Shown one piece after another: positions 35,535 to 46,060 of a DNA stretch of 64,000 nt. The stretch spans positions 124,001 through 188,000 of the forward strand of contig MU005964.1 in the NCBI GenBank assembly GCA_010093745.1, given 5' to 3'. A program made the position numbers and the translations under genes. This DNA comes from Piedraia hortae CBS 480.64. Lineage: Eukaryota. Position 1 is the first letter of the stretch, and the number at the start of each line of letters is the position of its first letter. Below the pieces are notes generated by a model, which worked only from the letters and a program-made list of their open reading frames with translations, did no database searches and was not told where the DNA came from.

Positions 35535-36224
35535 CTAAGCTCTTTCGCGCACGAAAAAACCTCCGCGAGCTCCGCCATCCGGCCCTCTGGGCTGTCTGAT
35601 TGGCTCTGCAATTGTGTTTGTGGCCGGCTTCTTCGTCCATTTGCCCGAATCATTAGGGTCATAGAGAACGCCTGTAGCCGGAGACAGATCCCTTGACTGC
35701 GGACGGCTATTGCGGTTCCCACCGCGACCGCCGCGGCCTCGACGCGAGAGATCTCTGCCCTGGGAGCTTTCCCTCGAGGACGTACCCATGATACGCTCCC
35801 TGGCCTCAGCATAGCGTTTGGCCTTTTCCTCGCGCTCGATGCGGGCTTGACGTTGACGCTCTTGAAGCTCGGACTCGCGCTTTTTGCTGCTGTCCTCGTC
35901 ACTCTCTTCGCTCTCGTCTGGCTGCTTGGTGGACGTTGGCGGCCTGCGACTCAGCACCGTCACCTGCGGCTTGAATTCTTGCCTCAGCGGAACCACTCCT
36001 CTTGCTTCTAGCCACAGATTGCGACTGGGGTTCTCGCCAGAGTCCCACAGCTGTTTTTGTGTCTCCAGGTGCTGTGCGCGGCGTTGCGCTTTTGTCAACT
36101 TCGGCGCCGGGACTCTCTGTGTGTTGGCCTTCTGTCGCGGGTTAGCCTCGAAGTGATTGGGTAGAATGGCGCATACGTCGGCAGTCTCGGTGTAGTCGTC
36201 ATCCCATGCGTTGAGGGTCTGCAT
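35535..36224 (-). CDS. SUZ/SUZ-C domain protein
   Basis: MQTLNAWDDDY, a 45-nt intron 36176-36132 (GTATGC...GCTAAC...CAG), EREEKAKRYAEARERIMG and PIRQPRGPDG...GGF. Confidence 0.8.
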   Translation of the reverse strand: MQTLNAWDDDYTETADVCAILPNHFEANPRQKANTQRVPAPKLTKAQRRAQHLETQKQLWDSGENPSRNLWLEARGVVPLRQEFKPQVTVLSRRPPTSTKQPDESEESDEDSSKKRESELQERQRQARIEREEKAKRYAEARERIMGTSSRESSQGRDLSRRGRGGRGGNRNSRPQSRDLSPATGVLYDPNDSGKWTKKPATNTIAEPIRQPRGPDGGARGGFFVRERA

Positions 36225-36530
36225 GTTGGAGGCAACTGCGTAGTTTGGAAGCGGAAAGCGGGGGGCTCCAGCCCCGCCCCCGCCTGTGCAACCACAGCTT
36301 GGCATTTGCGCATCACAATGAATCCGTCTACGATTATTATGGGCCAGCTGATGTAAATGCTCGTATATAGTACATCATATATAGTCATGCCACCAAGTAT
36401 AATTGATATAACTGCACGGAACCATTCGATATAGCATAAATGTAGCTGGTATGGACTTCAAAGGCTAACAAACTTCGTTAGTTCCACCCGCATAGGTGCT
36501 CATTGAGTCACCACCACGAACACACCAACA

Positions 36531-37102
36531 ATGTCAGAACCACAAGACCAAGAAATGACCATTCCGTCCTCTCCCAACATATCCAACATTTCCCAAGCAT
36601 CGTCTACCCCACCGGACCCCTTCTCCCTCCCCGTCGCGGGCATAGCCACACCCACAAACAGCGCAAACATTACACCCAGCAAGCCCACCACCTCTAGCCA
36701 GAGCAAAAGCAAAAAGCGTCCCCTTGGCCAAGTAGACGACACCGCCGCCCCAGGCGAAACGGAAGCAGCCGAAGCGGCACCCGCCATGGCCCAAGCTGCA
36801 GGTGACGGCAGCACTACGGCAGCCGAAGAGCTTCCCCCGGGATGCGTCAAGTTAGATGGGAAAAAAATCTACATGCACACTCGAAGCAGCTATACCTGGA
36901 GTCGTCCCGAAGACGCGCCTGGTTTTACGTGGAAGGAGATGACGATACTGTCCATGCGTCCGAATCGTAAGAAGTTCGTTCATCTTGAACATGTCGTTCG
37001 CGGTATGCCAGTCCCATGCCCTCTTCCGGAGTTCACTAATATCTTCCAGGTCGTTACGGCGATCCATTTGAGCTCGCAGAGGGGGAGAAGGGGGTTAGCT
37101 AG
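36531..37102 (+). CDS. Hypothetical protein
   Basis: ATG ORF with a low-complexity N-terminus and YTWSRPEDAPGFTW. A probable intron ~37003-37049 (GTATGC...ACTAAT...CAG) gives C-terminal GRYGDPFELAEGEKGVS*. Confidence 0.65.
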
Positions 37103-37128
37103 CTGAAAACACAGTGTATCGTCTATGC

Positions 37129-38760
37129 CTATACATTTCGATTATTCTCCCCCGGTCTCCCACCCAGGGACTCCAACACCACATCCGCATCAGCAGTCAA
37201 TGAATCCAAGACCTCCAGCTCCCTCTCCGAGAAAACCTTTGGTAAAACAACCCACCTCAACGGAATCAACGCAGTGATGATAACCGGAAACCCAATCGCC
37301 GCAATCGTCTGCGAAATAGCCACACAGGCAACCACGCCCACCACCTGCCAGGCAGTATAATACAAAATCCTCAACCTCTTCAGCTCCAGCCGGGGATCAG
37401 AAGGGCTGATAAACCTCGTCTCCGTAAAAACAAAGAGCAAATTATCTGTGATATTCATCGAGGAGATCGATCCCCACCCTACAACAAGAAACACACCGGC
37501 AAACACCGCGCGAGGGATAAAGTGCAGAAGACGGAGAAAAAGCCCCGTCATGAAGACGATGAAGCAGAGACCCATCGCTAGATGCGAAATTCGCTGTTCA
37601 TGCACCCTCGTCGCCTTTGTAACTTTCGTATTGACAATCTCCGACGAAGTATCTCTACCATAATCATCAGGGAGAGGCCTTGACAAAGCCTGCACCAAGC
37701 AGTCCTCGTACTCGGTGCACGCATCCGTATGCACCGGCGCTTGGGGTACAAGTCCATTTGGGAGCGGCAGCCCAAACACACCTGCAATCAGACACGTAAT
37801 CCCCAGCAAGAAGAAATCCCAATGAAATCCCGCTGGTTTGCGAAGCGGAAACCCCTTCGCCTGGGCAGTCAGCGAGGAGACATTATGATCATAGTAAAAC
37901 AACAACGTCAACAACACTCCCATCGGCATGGCAACAAAAACCCACTTCACCGGCAACTCCCAAAACTCAACAACCCAGTTTCTCTCAACCGTCGGTTTAA
38001 ACGCCCTCGCGAGCGGCAATCTCTCAACCCCCACCCCCCTCACCCCGGGGATATAACTGAACCCCGTCCACCAAATCGTGGCTATCGGGTACGCAAAATC
38101 CGCGATAGCCTTCCTAACACCCTCCGTCCCCAAACACGTACCCCTAACCCCCTCCAAAAAAGCAACCAAACCCCAAAAGCCCCCTGCAACAAAAACACCG
38201 CACCAACTGGCGGTAGCGTCCCCCTCCCTAAACAACGCCACCAACTCCCCAAAACCTTTAATAACATAAATCACACCAACATACATCCCAAACGTATGCG
38301 TCGAAAAATCAGTCACATAGCGCATGTAGTCACACAGATTCCCCACTGCAACAGCAATATGCATCGCGGCGGCCCAGAGCGCCACCCAGCCCATAAACTG
38401 CGGGTACAACATCCCTACCTCCAGGGTCCTCAAAATCTCGTAAACGGTTGCGTTGAAAAGGGAAATCAGTCCCGTGATGCCTACTATGGTGAGTGGCTGA
38501 CAGCTGAAGAGGGAGAAGACGAGGGCTGCGAGCGCGCTGCTGAAGAGCGCTTCGGATATGCCGAAGTAGCCTCCGCTATGGCGCAAGAGGTCGAGTTCGA
38601 AGGCTAATGCCGGGAGGAGGTTGATGGAGAGGATGCGGATGGTGGTGGGGAGGGTGCGGAACGTGAATCCATCGATAAAATCTGATTTCAACCAGGGTGC
38701 TCGGCGGTGGAGATCGCGGCGGATTCCGCGGAGGGGGTGCAGGAGGCGGGATCTGGACAT
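37129..38760 (-). CDS. BOR1: HCO3-/borate transporter (SLC4/Bor1 family)
   Basis: NLLPALAF, QPLTIVGITG, LLFYYDHNVSSLTAQ, GFHWDFFLLG, NGLVPQAPVHT and EQRISH, with many transmembrane segments. Confidence 0.92.
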   Translation of the reverse strand: MSRSRLLHPLRGIRRDLHRRAPWLKSDFIDGFTFRTLPTTIRILSINLLPALAFELDLLRHSGGYFGISEALFSSALAALVFSLFSCQPLTIVGITGLISLFNATVYEILRTLEVGMLYPQFMGWVALWAAAMHIAVAVGNLCDYMRYVTDFSTHTFGMYVGVIYVIKGFGELVALFREGDATASWCGVFVAGGFWGLVAFLEGVRGTCLGTEGVRKAIADFAYPIATIWWTGFSYIPGVRGVGVERLPLARAFKPTVERNWVVEFWELPVKWVFVAMPMGVLLTLLFYYDHNVSSLTAQAKGFPLRKPAGFHWDFFLLGITCLIAGVFGLPLPNGLVPQAPVHTDACTEYEDCLVQALSRPLPDDYGRDTSSEIVNTKVTKATRVHEQRISHLAMGLCFIVFMTGLFLRLLHFIPRAVFAGVFLVVGWGSISSMNITDNLLFVFTETRFISPSDPRLELKRLRILYYTAWQVVGVVACVAISQTIAAIGFPVIITALIPLRWVVLPKVFSERELEVLDSLTADADVVLESLGGRPGENNRNV

Positions 38761-38901
38761 TTTTCTCGGGCACGGTGCTGCTGGGGGGATGGAGGGGTGA
38801 GGCGGAATTTGGTCCGCGGTAGCTGCAGGTTGATGGGTTTGTGAGATGCCAAGAACCCACAACATAGCTGGAACACATCATATATACACAGTCATGACCC
38901 C

Positions 38902-40113
38902 CTACTCCATCCCCTCCATCAACTCCACCCGATCAAGCACCATCCCCCTCACGCCCACAAACTCTCTCAAATATTCCCACTCCTCCCCCTCCTCATCCCC
39001 CCTCCTCTCCGGGTCCTTGAACCCCCACCGCGAAGCAACCCTATCAAGCGCCGCTCTCTCCCCCTCCCTGATCCAGCGCTCCCAAAGCGGCACGCCTTGC
39101 GCCCAGGTTACCCTCTCCATCTGATCATTTGCCGTCGTAATGGTAACATACCCCATCGTCGACACGGCCGCGACGTACGTCATGATTCCCGCGAACGCGA
39201 TCCCCGTTGCCTGCGACTCGGACATTGTGCTTTGCCAGGAGCTGAACTGTTGGGCTAGGGTCCATGCTGCTAGGGGCGCGAGGGTTAGACCTGTTAGGGG
39301 GATAAGTCCCTGTCGGACAAGTTGGCGTTTTTTGAATGCCACCCGGCTGTAGGAGGTGGAGATGATGGAGAGGGCGAGTTGGAGGTTATGTGCGTTCATG
39401 GCGGATTGGAGGGCGGCGTCTGCGACGCGGGGGTCGATGGCTGAGGTTAGTTTCTCCGGGGAGGCGGCGTGGTATGTTACCCCTGATGGGGTTTTTTCCG
39501 CGATGGGCTTGTGGGCGTAGAGGTCGAAGATTTCGGGGAAGCTGGTTGGTTGGTGGAGGAGGGATTGGAGATTGACGTAGGAGGAGAGGATGGAGGGGGT
39601 GATAAAGATGTTTGGGTGGCGGAGGATTGCTTCGGCTTTCTCGCTGATGAGATTTAGGACTGACGCTCTGCTGACGAAGGAGGGGTAGGAACGTGTGCTG
39701 ACTGAGCCGAGGAGGGCGGAGGTTGCAGATTTTTCTTTGGGAGATTCGCTTGAGACACGACCTTCCATGAGGTCTGTGGCGAGTTTTTGGAGTTGTTCGA
39801 GGACGTAGAGAACTCGCCGCTCGTCGGGGAGTTGGTCATCTTGTAAATGTAGTGCGCCGTCGGCGAGTTGGTGGACTTGATTATGAAGGGATTCGAGGTC
39901 TTGAGGTGAGACAATGTGTGCACTGCGTGCGGCTACCATGAGTGATTCTAAGACTTTGACGTCGTACTTTCGTGGTGCGCGCGTGGCTGCTTTCTGGGAG
40001 AGGCTGTATGCCTTAGAGAATAACGCCCGTCGCGTCCATTGTGGGGATGGTCTTTTCTGCAGTTTAAGTGTGCGGGCACATTGTCGGCATACGCTAAATC
40101 GTTGGAACTCCAT
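38902..40113 (-). CDS. Conserved fungal hypothetical protein, probably mitochondrial membrane
   Basis: Presequence-like start (MEFQRFSVCRQCARTLK), two hydrophobic segments and TANDQMERVTWAQGVPLWERWIRE. Confidence 0.7.
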   Translation of the reverse strand: MEFQRFSVCRQCARTLKLQKRPSPQWTRRALFSKAYSLSQKAATRAPRKYDVKVLESLMVAARSAHIVSPQDLESLHNQVHQLADGALHLQDDQLPDERRVLYVLEQLQKLATDLMEGRVSSESPKEKSATSALLGSVSTRSYPSFVSRASVLNLISEKAEAILRHPNIFITPSILSSYVNLQSLLHQPTSFPEIFDLYAHKPIAEKTPSGVTYHAASPEKLTSAIDPRVADAALQSAMNAHNLQLALSIISTSYSRVAFKKRQLVRQGLIPLTGLTLAPLAAWTLAQQFSSWQSTMSESQATGIAFAGIMTYVAAVSTMGYVTITTANDQMERVTWAQGVPLWERWIREGERAALDRVASRWGFKDPERRGDEEGEEWEYLREFVGVRGMVLDRVELMEGME

Positions 40114-40780
40114 TGTCAATCCAGTCCTGCGGGTCTTTCTGCTGGTCTTCTGAAGTGAGGTCCTGCGGACTCCCGATGCGCCAGTACTTTTCGGGGCGGG
40201 GGAACACTCACCGAAGTCAAACACTGCCCAAAATCCAACCAAACGATAGCCAGATCCCAGTGACCACTGTATATACCTTATTCGTCTCTGGTTCGATTAT
40301 GTAGCTGAAATGCCGCTCTCAACTGCGAAGCTTGAAGTTCACTACGAGTGTTCGACTCCAAGGGATGTTCAGCTTCCAGTCAACTGCTTCAAGGAACCCA
40401 TCTTCTCCCTCCCCATCCCCCTCAAGAACCATGATAGTCCACACATAGACATTGCCACAGCCTGTCTCAACACCTCCGGAAAACTGTCAAAGTGAGGTCT
40501 TTATTGTGGCAGCCTTACCATTCCAGTCCCAATGCAGCCCATTATTAATATTCTCTGGTACTTTTCCGAGTGCTTCAAAGTGAAACTTCATGGGTTTATC
40601 AACCAGCTACTGCCATCCATTGAGACTAGGTCAAATTGAACAATTACACTACCTGATACGCTTGTAAACACCAGCTTTATCGCTGCCCATGTTCATGCTC
40701 CCGGAGCAAAAAAGACCCCGGACAGACAATACGAGTCCTAATTATTTACCCTCATGAAAAGATCCACGGCATTAATCCCT

Positions 40781-41654
40781 TTACAAGAAGGCAGCAAAGA
40801 AGACACCGAGACCCAAAAGACCAGCAGAGACAACAACCGTGCTGGCCGAAGACTTCTGACCACTACCGCCGCTGCTGCTGGCCGAGCTGCCGGAGCCGCT
40901 CGAGGTAGAGTCGGCACCAGAGCCACCAGAGGTCTGAGATCCACCGGAGGACTGGGAGTCAGAACCGCCAGAAGACTGAGCGGAATCTGTAGAGGCAGAG
41001 CCAGAGTCGGTGGCGGTGGCGGTGGAATCGGAGCCAGAAGCAGTAGCGCCGCTGCCAGTGGCACCAGCGGCACCAGCCGCATCGGTGCCAGAGGCGCCGC
41101 TGCCAGAAGCAGAGCTGTCAGAGCCACTGGCCGCAGCCGCGCCACTTGCACTAGACGAGGCGCCACCGGCGGCGGTGGGAACAACAACCGGAACACCACC
41201 AGCGCCAAGAACGGCCGTGCTGGACCCGCTCACCTGAACAGTGAAAGATGTGAGTGTCGAAGAGATGTTCATCACAATCGCCGTGGTGCCGTCAGGAAGA
41301 CCAGCCGGGATAGTGGCCAAGGTAGGCTGGGCAGTGTCCTGGGAACCTGTTAGCATGCTGCATATCCGACTGGATGGAGGTAACTTGCCGCTGTGATGGG
41401 AGCAGGCTGGCCGGTAATAACGCCGAAAGAGTTGGTCATTGTGAGAAAGGCAGTGTTGGGATTGCTGTAGACATAGGACGAAGAGGTCGTGGCAACATCG
41501 CTGGAAGCCGCTGCAGCGGACTGGGTCTAAGAAAATAGTTAGCAACCTGTTAGAACGTCAGATCTGCTGAACGTACAGCGCTGCTGTTGTCCATGTTGCT
41601 CTGAGCATAAACGGCGGCCACAAAGGGCGCGGCGAAGATGGCGCTGGAACGCAT
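40781..41654 (-). CDS. Secreted Ser/Gly/Thr-rich GPI-anchored cell-wall protein
   Basis: Signal peptide MRSSAIFAAPFVAAVYA; exons 41654-41577, 41526-41389 and 41338-40781; FLTMTNSFGVITGQP; S/G/T-rich stalk; hydrophobic C-terminus GLLGLGVFFAAFL. Confidence 0.85.
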
Positions 41655-42194
41655 TTTCAGAGGTAGACTGTTGGTTGGTTGAAAGGTGTTTGAGAGTCGA
41701 AGAGATTTGGGTGTGCGGATTTAAGAAGACGGTTGGAGATGTGTGTAGAGGTGATTGTTTGGTTGAATGGTCAAGACAAAGGGACCAGGCAGTATTTATG
41801 AATTAAGATCGGCCACACCGGGGCGGGCCACATCGGGGCTATTGGCGAGGTAGGCTAAATTTACCATGGCAACGGGGCCTTTGATTGGCCGTTGGCCTGG
41901 AGGTGGCGGCCGCGGGTCCGTTGCCATCGAAACAGACACTTCGGCCCGAACCGAACACGCAAATTAAGGCCGCCAAGATGACGCGTCATGCAATGGAATG
42001 GGGTCTCAACGGCCATGATGAACAGCGCACCATGCGCGAAGCAACCAACGCCCCGCACGGCTGTGTTGTCGTCGCCTGTTTGTACGTCAGCTAATGACGT
42101 GAAGTGTGTCAAACTGACACGAAACCATCCATCTGACTCGTAAGCTTGGTCCGGTCGCTGTCAAAGCACATGGCGCTCTATTCGTAGCACTGAA

Positions 42195-42938
42195 CTACAT
42201 AAACTCGTCCAGGAAATCTGGATCTCTGTCCTGATTGCTGCTCTCTGCCATGTTTTCTTCCGTGTGCAGTTCATCATACATGTGTTCCTTTTGCCATTTC
42301 AATCTGGACCTTTCCTCTACAATCCTTTGATCCTCCTTCTTCTGTAGAAACCGGTCAGCCCAGTCAACATGTTGTTGAATGTTTTTACCTTTGTCTCAGC
42401 CATAATTCTCTCTCTCTTCCTCAGTTCCCGGTCTCTATCCTCCTTTTCCTGCCTCAAATTCGGAAACTTTTCGACCTTAGTTTTGTTGAGCCGATTGACA
42501 ATAGCGTTCTCCCGCTTGGAAACAAGAACCTTCTTCACAAGCCTGTCATTTTTGAACCCCACCTGACCAGTCACCATATCGCCAGTCTTCTTCAGGTTGC
42601 TCCAAGGCGTGTAAATGACATTGACATTGTCCTTCTTGTTGCCTTCTATGCTGTTCGCCTTCGTGAGTTGAACACAGTCCGTGAGAAGGTCCTTGGGAAT
42701 GCTGTCCCACGTCTCACCCTCATCAACGCGGAGGCGTAGATAGACGTGGGCAGAAGAGAGATTGTCAACATGAAACCATACGTCTTCGTCCCAGCCGTGG
42801 GCAATTAATTCCTCATCTCTGGAAATGTCAGTGTGGGGCAGTTGTATTGTTCAATGTGCACAAACTTTCAACCTTGTCTTTGCCGACGTAGATGAAAGCC
42901 GCGGGCATGACCGCCGTGCTTCTGAAGTAGTAGACCAT
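42195..42938 (-). CDS. CCDC25: CCDC25/Jlp2 (DUF814/NFACT-R domain) protein
   Basis: MVYYF...IYVGKDKVE, intron, then [16 protein letters not shown]...[42 protein letters not shown] second intron precedes the end, FLDEFM*. Confidence 0.92.
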
Positions 42939-43094
42939 TGTTGCAGTGGATCGGTGGCTGTAGGAGTCTTGGCGTTAGGTCATGTCACACGGGTGTCGGC
43001 GTGCTAGCGTGTCAGAATCGGCCTGTACAAGGCCCCACCTCACCACCTGATTGAGGTTCCTTGGAGCTAATAGGCCTTCCAAGTGCTCGCCGAA

Positions 43095-44235
43095 ATGGCC
43101 ACGGGACTACCTTGGGCCCTTGCAATCCTCTGCATCCTTCTCGGGGTGCTAGCAGTGGGCTTAGTCCCAACCAAAAACCACTTCGATGTCGAAGGCAGAG
43201 TATATCACCACACCACTTTCCCAAGAATCCACCTAATTCAACGTAGACCGTCCTCATTACCGGCGGCTCCCAAGGCATGGGCCTTGCGGTAGCAAAACTC
43301 CTATCCCGCAAAGGAGCCAACGTTGTAATCATCGCACGAAACATCTCCAAACTCACCGAAGCCCTCGCATCCATCAAAGTAGCCACAACCTCTCACACCA
43401 CTCACCTAACTAACCCTCCCAGGCCGTATCCAAAAATCCCACAACCCAACGCTTCCACCTCATCAGCGCGGATGTCACCGAACCATCCGAAAACGTCCGC
43501 ATCCTCCACGAAGTAACCCTCTGGAATAGCGGTCAACCCCCGGATATAGTCTGGGCGATCGCCGGCTCCGCACACCCAACCCTCTTCTTCCAAACCCCCA
43601 TCTCCACCCTCCGAAGCCAAATGGACCTCAACTACTGGGCAGCAACCTATCTCGCGCACGCCACCCTCCAACTCTGGCTAAAACCCAGCACCACCAAAAC
43701 CCCCAAACAAAGACACTTCATCGTAACCAGCAGCGTAGTCTGCTTCTGCGGAATAGCAGGCTATGCTCCCTACTCGCCCGCAAAATCTGCCCTACGCTCT
43801 CTGACGGATACTTTGCGGTCGGAGGTGAATTTATATAATGGGTATCGCTCTGCTAACCCAAAGGGTCCAGAGGCGGAGGTTAAAGTTCATTGTATCGTGC
43901 CAGGGACAATTACGAGTCCGGGGTTCGAACACGAGCAGGTTATCAAAGCGGAGGTTACGAAGTTGTTGGAAGAGAGCGATCCTAAACAGACGGCGGAGGA
44001 GGTTGCGGAGGCTGCCGTTAGGGGGTTGGAGAGGGGTGGGGGACTTGTTACGACACAGTGGCTTGGTCTGGCGATGAAGACGGGGCAGTTGGGGAATAGT
44101 CCGAGAAGTAGGGTTTTGCTTGAGACGGCATTGAGTTGGGTGGTTAGTGTGGTGTGGTTGGTTGTTGGGCCGCAGATGGAGGGGACGGTGTTTAGGTATG
44201 GGAGGGGGAATGATGTGATGTTACCTTCTGAATGA
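43095..44235 (+). CDS. TSC10: 3-ketodihydrosphingosine reductase (SDR family)
   Basis: N-terminal transmembrane segment, NHFDVEGR, intron 43200-43246, [12 protein letters not shown], second intron 43379-43422, then [19 protein letters not shown] and [12 protein letters not shown]. Confidence 0.92.
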
Positions 44236-44263
44236 GATTAGAGATTATGATACCCTTTTTTTT

Positions 44264-45931
44264 TTAAAGATTAGAGGCGAGGTGGGTGATTCGTTCGAGA
44301 AGGTTGGTGGTGGATATGTTCTCTTTGATGCCGAGACGTCGACACTGGAGCTCGACCATTTTGTTCTCTTGCCAGGCTTTGCCGAGGACGAGGATGAAGG
44401 GATAGCCGATTAGATCGGCGTCTTTGAGCTTCCAGCCGAGTCGCTGGTCGCGGTCATCAATAGCGGCGTCGAAGCCTTTTGTCAATAGTTCATCGTAGAT
44501 TGTTGCAGCGCCGGACTCAGAGGCTGCGTTGAGGGGCAAGATGATGACGTTGAATGGGGAGATGGATAAAGGCCAGTTGAGGCCTTTACTGTCTGCTAGC
44601 TTCGACGCTATGGCGCCTATGAGACGGGATATGCCTATCCCGTGACAGCCCATTGAGACTGGGACTTGCTGGTTGTCTGCTGTTGTTATTCGGAAATCAA
44701 GTGGCTCTGAATATCGAGTGCCAAGGTGGAATGTATGGCCTAGCTCAATTGCACTGTGGAGACGTAATTGTCCTGATTTGCATTTTGGACATGTATCCCC
44801 ATCTTGGGCTTTGGTGAGGGTTACTAGTTCGCCGTCGATGACGGGTTCGATGTGCTCGCTCGTTTGAGTTAACCAGTCGGATCGATGGTGCAAGACCCGT
44901 GGATCGGTGAGTGATTTGATGTGTTCCACCTTGGAAAACGAACCCAGAGAGCACTCATCTTCCCCCTGAAATTCCGCTATAACAGGGTCACTGCACTCGG
45001 GGAAGAGCCTCTGAATAAGCCGCACGTTAACATCCCCATTGGGACTATCCCTTGAGACCCTCCTTGGAACCATAACTAGAAGAGCAGTCTTCCGATCCTT
45101 GCTTAGACAAGACCAAGTCGTAAACCCATCCACCCTCCCTCCTTTATACCAACCCCAATAAACCTCCTCGTTAACACAGTACCCACAACCCTCACACCGA
45201 ACAATCACATCCTCACCCACCTCCGACTCAAAATGAAACTCATGACTGAGCTTCCCCCCCATCGTACCCGAATCCGCATCCGCAACCATAAACGGGACCT
45301 TCAACCCCCGGAAAAACTCCCCATACGCCTCCCTAACAAGTTCATACGTCCCCCTCGCCTCCCCATCCGACGCATCAAACGTATACAAATCCTTCATCAC
45401 AAACTCCCTCCCCCTGAGTAGCCCCAATCTCGGCCTCTCCTCATCCCTATACTTTCTTGTTACCTGATACAACCTCAATGGGAGCTGCTTATACGAAACC
45501 ACCGAGTCCTTCACGCTATCCGTAACTTCTTCCTCATGCGTCGGCGCAAGCAAGTACTTCCCACCCTTCCGATCCCTCGTCCGAAAAAACGCAGCCCCCC
45601 CCAACCGCCCCGACTTGTGCCATAACTCCTCTGATGTAATCGACGAGAGTGAGATTTTCGACGCGCCAAGCTTCCGCATGGAGTTATCAACCAAACCCTC
45701 GAGTTTACTCTGCACGCGGACTCCGAGGGGAAGGAGGTGGAACAATCCCGGGTTCGAGCGCCGGAGGAAGCCCCCTCGAAGGAGATAACTTAGTCCTAGG
45801 TCTTCGACATCACTTTGTAAATGCGTGGGCGTCCAAAACCTGCTCAGTCGAGTCCGGCCGTCGGAGTGAATCCTCCGTGCAAAAACATTCCTCGGCGAAG
45901 CACGTATCCTGCTGCTCTTAAATCTGGACAT
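44264..45931 (-). CDS. AIM10: Mitochondrial prolyl-tRNA synthetase
   Basis: Presequence-like N-terminus, LAPTHEEEVT, KYRDEERPRLGLLRGREFVMKDLYTFD, IELGHTFHLGTRYS, MGCHGIGISRL and an anticodon-binding domain (IDDR...DADLIGYP). Confidence 0.93.
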   Translation of the reverse strand: MSRFKSSRIRASPRNVFARRIHSDGRTRLSRFWTPTHLQSDVEDLGLSYLLRGGFLRRSNPGLFHLLPLGVRVQSKLEGLVDNSMRKLGASKISLSSITSEELWHKSGRLGGAAFFRTRDRKGGKYLLAPTHEEEVTDSVKDSVVSYKQLPLRLYQVTRKYRDEERPRLGLLRGREFVMKDLYTFDASDGEARGTYELVREAYGEFFRGLKVPFMVADADSGTMGGKLSHEFHFESEVGEDVIVRCEGCGYCVNEEVYWGWYKGGRVDGFTTWSCLSKDRKTALLVMVPRRVSRDSPNGDVNVRLIQRLFPECSDPVIAEFQGEDECSLGSFSKVEHIKSLTDPRVLHHRSDWLTQTSEHIEPVIDGELVTLTKAQDGDTCPKCKSGQLRLHSAIELGHTFHLGTRYSEPLDFRITTADNQQVPVSMGCHGIGISRLIGAIASKLADSKGLNWPLSISPFNVIILPLNAASESGAATIYDELLTKGFDAAIDDRDQRLGWKLKDADLIGYPFILVLGKAWQENKMVELQCRRLGIKENISTTNLLERITHLASNL

Positions 45932-46060
45932 ACGGTCTACATAGAACCTAACACGCTGTGAAGTAATACGGAACCATTCCGCATGCACATTCCTAACCCT
46001 AAAAACTTGCTGCCACGGAATTTTTGCACAGAGTAACAACAGATAGGTATTCTGAGCAAC

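Noticed and set aside
37729..38607. Long antisense or alternate-frame ORFs (also 28787-29431, 40754-41353, 47604-48362, 56125-56868)
   Set aside because: Shadows of well-supported genes caused by codon and skew bias; low-complexity translations.
40340..40375. GTTCGACTCC B-box-like string suggesting a tRNA
   Set aside because: No 5-bp T-stem, acceptor stem or cloverleaf could be built.
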